Positions 7,375 to 12,733 of a stretch of 12,733 nucleotides of DNA are shown one piece after another. The stretch comes from a candidate division WOR-3 bacterium (GTDB lineage: Bacteria; Hydrothermota; Tepidihabitantia; SM23-42; JAOAFX01). The stretch spans positions 1 to 12,733 of the forward strand of contig JBBILZ010000063.1 in assembly GCA_037444665.1 (NCBI GenBank), in the 5' to 3' direction. A program made the translations under genes and the position numbers. The notes beneath the pieces were generated by a model, which saw only the letters and a list, made by a program, of their open reading frames with translations, was not told the origin of the DNA and made no database searches. Every line of letters starts with the position of its first letter. The first letter of the stretch is position 1.

Positions 7375-10011
7375 ATGGTAATCATTCTCTTTTTTGTAGC
7401 ACAGGCAATCATCCCTGATTTTCAGGTAAATAGTGAGGATTATCCAGGCAATGCACCACAACTGTATCCAGCGATTGCAACATATGATTCTGGTGGTGTC
7501 GTTATCTGGTATGATTTACGGCCACCTGCTTTTGGCACGAAAGTCTTTGGTTCACTTCTAAATGCTGATGGAGATACAATTGGCAGTAACTGGCGACTGA
7601 ATGAAGATACAACCCATGGCTGTATGAATATGCCAGCAGTTGATTCTGATTCAACGGGTAATTTCACCATCACATATATTCAACAGGGAAATGTAATTGC
7701 ACGAAGATTCAATAAATATGGCGTACCCTTAGGACCCTCATTTATTGTGAATACAAGTTCTAATTGTTCATACCCGGCGATTAGGATGACAAATGAAGGA
7801 AGGTTTGTAGTCACCTGGTTCAAAAACGATGAATACAGGATTTATGGGCAGATTTATAATAGAGAGGGTAACCCTATAGGCACGAATTTTTTAGTTTCGG
7901 ACTCCACACTGAACTATGGCACAATCCCTGATGTAGCGGTAAAGAATAATGGCGAATTTATCATTGCCTGGACCTATAATAGTGATATCTGGGCACAGAG
8001 ATTTGACTCACTGGGAGATAGAATTGGTGAAAACTTCAAACTAATAAACGATACAACAAATATCAGCGAAAATTATCCAAAACTAAAATTTGACTATCAA
8101 AATAGGTTGTTTGTTTCCTGGAATGCATTTGTCCAGGGGCAAAGTGATGTTAATTGTCAAATCTTTGATTCTACTCTTACACCAATTACCAGTATTATTA
8201 AACTTGATGATGTCGCCCTTGACTCTTCACAGCGACAGAGCATAGCAATAAGGGATTCAATATGGTATGTAGTATTCCAGAATGGTATAAGTACGATTCA
8301 TCTCCAGCGTGTTAAAAATAATGGTGAATTGATTGGTAATAATATAAGAATCAGTGAACAGATTGGTAGAAGCAATACCCTACCTAAGATTGATGCTACT
8401 ATGAACTATTTTATAATCACCTGGTCATGGAGAATTGTAGGAATTATGTGTCACATTATGTGCCAGAAGGTTTCCTTTGATGGCAATCTTATAGGCACTA
8501 ATTATGCAATTAGCGATGATAAAGGTGGTGAGCCCCAATTCTTACCGTCGGTTGCTGCTGATTCCAGTGGAAATTTTTTTATTGTCTGGGAAGATTCTCG
8601 GAGGTATCCAGAATATTATTTTGTCCCAAACCAGTATGGCAGAAGATATGATGCCAGTGGCAACCCCCTATGTTCTGAATTTAAGAACAACACTTATGCC
8701 AATGCCTCGTATTCGGCAATAGGAATAAACTCAAACATCTACCTCACTGCCTGGGCATGCACTGAAATAGACTCAAATCATCAAATATATGCCCAGCGTT
8801 TTGACTACAATGGTAATTCCATTGGCTCAAACCTCCAGGTCAGTATGTCGCAAGGCAATTATAATTTATCATTTCCTAAAATTACTACCCTTTCTAATGG
8901 CCATTTTGTAATCATCTGGAATGAGAATGATGGAGCAAAAGAAAGGACTTATGGACGCTTGCTTGATAATAATGGTTTACCTTATGGAAATCAATTCAAT
9001 CCTTATGTTGATTCCTTCGCATTTAATTATGGGTGGACAGCAGTTGATGAAGAGAATAACAGATTCATTGTTCCCTTAATCTGTAGTATAGACACGATTG
9101 CCTGCGCAATTCAGGAATTTGATTATGAAGGTAATCCAATTTCTACACCAATAATCCTGAATGATGAACCGGCACCATATTACAATTTTGTCAATGGTGC
9201 TAAAGGTATTGACCGATACTTATTTATCTGGGGCGAGGAAAAAATCATCGGACAGTTTTTAAATAATAACCTGCAAAAAATTGGCAACAATTTTATAATC
9301 AGCGATGATACAATTTCTCCTAAAAATTTCTATGCCGTTGTTTCTCACAATGATGGCAAATTTTTTGTTGTCTGGGACGAAGCGCGCAACAATAATTATG
9401 ACCTTTATGGACAATTTTTTGACTCACTGGGTAATAGAATAGACAATAATTTCAGGGTTGATAATGACACAACAAACAGCGACCAGATTTATGTAAGTTG
9501 CTTTTCAGTCAATGACCGTATCTATATTGTGTGGTCCGATACAAGGATGCCAGCAAACTGGTATGATATTTATTGCAAGGTTATTGAATGGACTGGCTCT
9601 CAAAATATTGGAGAAATAAAAGTCAAGGATAAATTTGCAATACTGAGTATCTCTCCGAATCCATTCAAGAGTGCTACAAGCATTAAATTCCAAATCCCAA
9701 TCCGCCACGATGCATGGCGGACCAAATCCCAAATAAATCCCAATTCCCAAATTGTCCCCTCTCCTTTTTCCTTTCCCCATTGGGGAGAGGGTTGGGGTGA
9801 GGGGAAATCCCAAATTTCGCTAATGATCTACGATGTGACTGGCAGACTGATTAAATCCTTTTTACTTCCTACTGCTCACTTCCTGCTTCTTACTTCTGTG
9901 GAGTGGAACGGAACAGACGATTCAGGCCGCAGACTTCCTGCCGGGGTTTATTTTGTAAGATTAAATTGTCCTGAAGGGATTTTAATTCAAAAGGTGGTCA
10001 AACTTAAGTAG
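7375..10011 (+). CDS. secreted repeat (putative double beta-propeller) protein with T9SS type-A / FlgD-Ig-like C-terminal domain
   Basis: Short hydrophobic N-terminus; about 14 repeats of P-x-(V/I)-...-F-(V/I)-(V/I)-x-W-...-IYxQx(F/Y)DxxGxxIGxNFx(V/I); C-terminus ISPNPF...IYDVTGRLIK...WNGTDDSGRRLPAGVYFVRL...KVVKLK. Confidence 0.85.
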   Translation: MVIILFFVAQAIIPDFQVNSEDYPGNAPQLYPAIATYDSGGVVIWYDLRPPAFGTKVFGSLLNADGDTIGSNWRLNEDTTHGCMNMPAVDSDSTGNFTITYIQQGNVIARRFNKYGVPLGPSFIVNTSSNCSYPAIRMTNEGRFVVTWFKNDEYRIYGQIYNREGNPIGTNFLVSDSTLNYGTIPDVAVKNNGEFIIAWTYNSDIWAQRFDSLGDRIGENFKLINDTTNISENYPKLKFDYQNRLFVSWNAFVQGQSDVNCQIFDSTLTPITSIIKLDDVALDSSQRQSIAIRDSIWYVVFQNGISTIHLQRVKNNGELIGNNIRISEQIGRSNTLPKIDATMNYFIITWSWRIVGIMCHIMCQKVSFDGNLIGTNYAISDDKGGEPQFLPSVAADSSGNFFIVWEDSRRYPEYYFVPNQYGRRYDASGNPLCSEFKNNTYANASYSAIGINSNIYLTAWACTEIDSNHQIYAQRFDYNGNSIGSNLQVSMSQGNYNLSFPKITTLSNGHFVIIWNENDGAKERTYGRLLDNNGLPYGNQFNPYVDSFAFNYGWTAVDEENNRFIVPLICSIDTIACAIQEFDYEGNPISTPIILNDEPAPYYNFVNGAKGIDRYLFIWGEEKIIGQFLNNNLQKIGNNFIISDDTISPKNFYAVVSHNDGKFFVVWDEARNNNYDLYGQFFDSLGNRIDNNFRVDNDTTNSDQIYVSCFSVNDRIYIVWSDTRMPANWYDIYCKVIEWTGSQNIGEIKVKDKFAILSISPNPFKSATSIKFQIPIRHDAWRTKSQINPNSQIVPSPFSFPHWGEGWGEGKSQISLMIYDVTGRLIKSFLLPTAHFLLLTSVEWNGTDDSGRRLPAGVYFVRLNCPEGILIQKVVKLK
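9685..9816 (+). repeat. in-frame AAATCCC heptamer repeat tract containing two palindromes
   Basis: AAATTCC AAATCCC AA[TCCGCCA-N7-TGGCGGA, 9701-9721]CC AAATCCC AAAT AAATCCC AATTCCC AAATTG[51-bp imperfect palindrome, 9755-9805]AATCCCAAATT. Confidence 0.85.
9862..9896 (+). repeat. five degenerate tandem heptamers (YYRCTKC) inside the CDS
   Basis: TTACTTC CTACTGC TCACTTC CTGCTTC TTACTTC, encoding LLPTAHFLLLTS. Confidence 0.75.
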
Positions 10012-10038
10012 AACCCCACCACATTTATCTCCATAACT

Positions 10039-10060
10039 GTAGTTGCCCGATTTATCGGGC
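10039..10060 (+). repeat. GTAG-type REP-like palindrome (may also serve as the 3' hairpin of the upstream gene)
   Basis: GTAG-TT-GCCCGAT-TT-ATCGGGC: GTAG tetranucleotide followed by a perfect 7-bp inverted repeat, 27 nt after the stop codon. Confidence 0.65.
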
Positions 10061-10085
10061 GTAGATTAGAAATCTGAAAATTTCT

Positions 10086-10109
10086 CGTCCAGTTGAAACT
10101 CTACGCTAC
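10086..10109 (-). repeat. second GTAG-type REP-like imperfect palindrome
   Basis: Minus strand reads GTAG-CGTAGAGTT-TC-AACTGGACG; the arms pair except for a 2-nt internal mismatch. Confidence 0.5.
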
Positions 10110-10110
10110 C

Positions 10111-10251
10111 TACTACATACTACATACTACTTACTACTTACTATCTCATATCTCCCCATCTTCACATCCACGCAACCACACAACTTCAAATCCACATATC
10201 CCCCTATCCCTTTATTCCCCCTTATTACCCCTGATTCCCCTTGCTAACCCC
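10111..10251 (+). repeat. degenerate tandem repeat array: five 7-mers, eight 8-mers, three 10-mers
   Basis: TACTACA x2, TACTACT x2, TACTATC (10111-10145); AWC-initiated octamers at 10150-10213; ATTCCCCCTT ATTACCCCTG ATTCCCCTTG (10214-10243). Confidence 0.75.
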
Positions 10252-10338
10252 TGTGAGAGTACGGGCAGCGAAACCGTATAATGATAAACGATCTTTTTAG
10301 GTAGATATCGCATCTTGAAACAATCTATTTTGGTAGTC

Positions 10339-10366
10339 TTGACTTAAGTCCAATTTTGATTATACT
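10339..10366 (+). promoter_or_regulatory. promoter TTGACT-N16-TATACT for the C25 gene
   Basis: -35 at 10339-10344, -10 at 10361-10366, SD AAGGAG at 10374-10379, ATG at 10383. Confidence 0.75.
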
Positions 10367-10382
10367 ATAGAAAAAGGAGTTT

Positions 10383-12733
10383 ATGAAAAAACTTTTATTT
10401 TTATTTACTCTACTCACCATTTGTTTTGCCCAGGAGACTGGTGCAAGATATTTAATAATCACCCATGATAATTTCTACGATGCAATCCTGCCCTATGCCC
10501 AGTGGAAGCACAAGATGGGCTATCGCACAAAGATTGTCCGTGTGCCCTCAGAACTCAGCCAGAATTCAACCACAATCAGAAATTATATTGTTAATGCCTA
10601 TAATAACTGGCAGATAAGACCTGAGTTTATCTTACTTGTTGGTGCACCGAACTATATCCCCTGGTACTCAAGCAGTCCTTACAGTGATAATGGTTATACA
10701 GATATTAATGGTGATATTTATAATGACATCCTTTCAGGCCGTTTAACTGTTCACAGCCTCACTGAAGCCCAGACCGTGGTAAATAAAATGCTACTCTATG
10801 AAAGAACTCCAGATACCACAAGTAATTGGCTTACAAATGCCTGTTTAATTGTAAGAGAAGACTATGATTCATACAGCGATTCTATTTACTGGAGCGATAT
10901 ACGCTATGCCAGAAATTTAATGATGATAAATGAATATGAGACTATTGATACCCTCTCCCGTGCAGCAGGTAATAATTCAAACAATGTAATTAATTCAGTC
11001 AATGCAGGTAGAGGTTTTGTGCTCTATCGTGGTCAGGGTGTTGGTAACTGGTGGTCGCCATTTGATGTTAACCCTGATAATACTCAGAATGGTGCAAAAC
11101 TTCCTATTGTATTATCTTTCACCTGTCAGACAATCGGCAGTGGTTCCTCGCCAGCAACTGCAGAAAAATGGCTATTAACTGGAACTCCGACATCGCCCCG
11201 TGGTGGTGCAGGATATTTTGCCACCACAACAATAGTAACGCATCAAGCCTATCTGAGAAGTGCTGTATGTAAGGGTTTCTTTAAAACATTATTTGAAGAT
11301 AAAAAGTTTAGATTTGGCGAAGCCTGCGAAGGTGGAAGACAAAATGTGTATAGTTTATATGGTAGCACTACTGAATATCGCGGTTTCACGACACTCGGTG
11401 ACCCGGCTATGCACATCTGGACAGCAAAGCCAAAAATTATTAATGTTTCGTACGATTCTATTTTATATGCGGGCATTGAAGAAACATTGAATGTCTTTGT
11501 TCAATACCAGGGAGCACCGGTAGAATCCGCTTTTATCTGCATACATTTTGATACGCTAATTTATCAAACTGCATATACCAATCCCGGTGGCGAAGCGGTC
11601 TTTATATTTACACCGGCTTTAAGCGGGGTGATGGATATAACTGTAACCGGTAGAAATCTATACCCCTTTGAAGGAACCGCCCAAATAGTAACAGGCAATG
11701 TATTTCTCAGTTATGCTGGAAATTCAATAGACGACTCGTTGGGGAATAATAACGGCATTATCAACCCAGGCGAAACAATTCTCCTCTGGGCAAGAATACA
11801 AAATCTCGGTGTGAACCCTGCACCTGGTGTAAATGCAATATTAAGAACAACAGATACTTCTATTGTCATTAATGATAGTCTGTCCCTGTATGGCAATATT
11901 CCTCAGGGCAATGAACAGAATGGGTTGAATCCCTTTGTCTTTTCTGCTTCACCATGGGCACAGAGCCATTCCGTCCCCTTTGAAATTGTTATAACCGATG
12001 CAATCGGTGATACTTTTATCAACAACTTTTCAATAATGATGACTGGCACTGGTAGTGGAGCCACTGGACCAGACCCTTATGGATACTACATTTATGATGA
12101 TACAGACACTTTGACTGGAAATGCACCAATATACAATTGGTTTGAAATTGCACCGCCCGGTCCAGGAATTATCGTCAGTGAAATCACTGATGAAGATGCA
12201 GATACGGTCACTTACCAACTTCCATTTAATTTTCCTTATTATGGAATAACCTACACAAGCATTGGACTCTGCTCAAATGGGTTTGTAGAACTCGGTGGTT
12301 CAACATATCGTTTTGGTAGTAATACATCAATACCTTTATCTGGCGGTCCAAAAAGGCTCATTGCTCCATTCTGGGATGACCTTGACCCCAGGCCAGAACC
12401 AACGGGCTTTGGTGATATCTATTATTATAATGACATAACAAATCACCGCTGGATTGTAGAATTCAAAGAATGTTCCCATTACGGCAATCCCAATTCACGA
12501 GAGACATTTCAAATTGTATTATGCGACCCCCAATATTATCCCACACCAACCAATGATGGTGAAATTCTATTTTATTATAACACCGTAGCAAACCCTGCAG
12601 AAAATACCATCGGTATTGAAGATGAAACAGAAACCCGTGGATTGCAATATGTCTTTGATAACAATTATGACCCTAATGCAGCACCGATTACCAATGGCAG
12701 GGCATTATTGGTTACAACCAAACCACCCTTGAG
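10383..12733 (+). CDS. gingipain-like peptidase family C25 multidomain secreted protein; partial, 3' end runs off the window
   Basis: Absent from the ORF track; open for at least 783 codons. Signal peptide MKKLLFLFTLLTICFA, then YLIITHDNF...WKHKMG...FILLVG...SDNGY...GRL...YRGQG...LPIVLSFTC...AEKWL...GGAG...LGDPAM (C25 catalytic fold), Ig-like modules (DITVTGRN; GNNNGIINPGETI) and a GPDPYGY...LPFNFPYYG...SNGF...IAPFWDDL module. Confidence 0.9.
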   Translation, partial: MKKLLFLFTLLTICFAQETGARYLIITHDNFYDAILPYAQWKHKMGYRTKIVRVPSELSQNSTTIRNYIVNAYNNWQIRPEFILLVGAPNYIPWYSSSPYSDNGYTDINGDIYNDILSGRLTVHSLTEAQTVVNKMLLYERTPDTTSNWLTNACLIVREDYDSYSDSIYWSDIRYARNLMMINEYETIDTLSRAAGNNSNNVINSVNAGRGFVLYRGQGVGNWWSPFDVNPDNTQNGAKLPIVLSFTCQTIGSGSSPATAEKWLLTGTPTSPRGGAGYFATTTIVTHQAYLRSAVCKGFFKTLFEDKKFRFGEACEGGRQNVYSLYGSTTEYRGFTTLGDPAMHIWTAKPKIINVSYDSILYAGIEETLNVFVQYQGAPVESAFICIHFDTLIYQTAYTNPGGEAVFIFTPALSGVMDITVTGRNLYPFEGTAQIVTGNVFLSYAGNSIDDSLGNNNGIINPGETILLWARIQNLGVNPAPGVNAILRTTDTSIVINDSLSLYGNIPQGNEQNGLNPFVFSASPWAQSHSVPFEIVITDAIGDTFINNFSIMMTGTGSGATGPDPYGYYIYDDTDTLTGNAPIYNWFEIAPPGPGIIVSEITDEDADTVTYQLPFNFPYYGITYTSIGLCSNGFVELGGSTYRFGSNTSIPLSGGPKRLIAPFWDDLDPRPEPTGFGDIYYYNDITNHRWIVEFKECSHYGNPNSRETFQIVLCDPQYYPTPTNDGEILFYYNTVANPAENTIGIEDETETRGLQYVFDNNYDPNAAPITNGRALLVTTKPPL

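Noticed and set aside
7440..9813. ORFs 7440-7673 (-), 8504-8722 (+) and 9505-9813 (-)
   Set aside because: Nested in the 878-aa CDS. The PLTPTLSPMGKG start of the last one is just the palindromic repeat read on the other strand.
10039..10251. CRISPR array
   Set aside because: No constant 23-47 bp repeat with unique spacers, and no cas genes.
10093..10281. 62-aa ORF MKLYATYYILHTTYYLL...
   Set aside because: TTG start without SD; the sequence is the translation of the 7/8/10-mer repeats.
10255..10315. Riboswitch or ncRNA around TACGG-GCAGCGAAA-CCGTA, and a TATAAT at 10277-10282
   Set aside because: Only a 5-bp stem, upstream of the C25 promoter and so outside its leader; no matching -35 and no family consensus I can recognise.
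10341..10350. Palindrome GACTTAAGTC overlapping the -35 box as a possible operator
   Set aside because: A single 10-bp palindrome not repeated at the other promoters; chance cannot be excluded.
11249..12218. Four short ORFs in the track (11249-11476, 11260-11490, 11711-11896, 12030-12218)
   Set aside because: All lie within the long C25 reading frame starting at 10383, which the track missed because its stop is outside the window.

Overview
AT-rich bacterial chromosomal window with no rRNA, tRNA, CRISPR array or transposase. Left arm (minus strand): ribD-ribE, a stand-alone RRM RNA-binding protein and a TMTC-like GT-C membrane glycosyltransferase truncated by the window edge. Right arm (plus strand): an Lgt-like protein fused to a probable C-terminal beta-barrel, thrC-like plus a DUF401 membrane protein, an 878-aa secreted protein with about 14 propeller-like repeats and a T9SS/FlgD-type C-terminal domain, and a truncated gingipain-like (C25) multidomain protein. 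The secreted-protein style suggests an FCB-related diderm such as WOR-3 (inference only). Main observations: (1) all seven transcription units have a TTGACW-N16-(TATAAT-like) promoter with an invariant 16-bp spacer, and four look leaderless or nearly so; (2) palindromes and heptamer repeats sit in frame inside the C-terminal domain of the 878-aa gene; (3) a mosaic of GTAG-REP-like elements, 7/8/10-mer repeats and a G-quadruplex motif follows that gene; (4) the Lgt-barrel fusion; (5) the C25 domain has no propeptide and has Gln at the catalytic His position.
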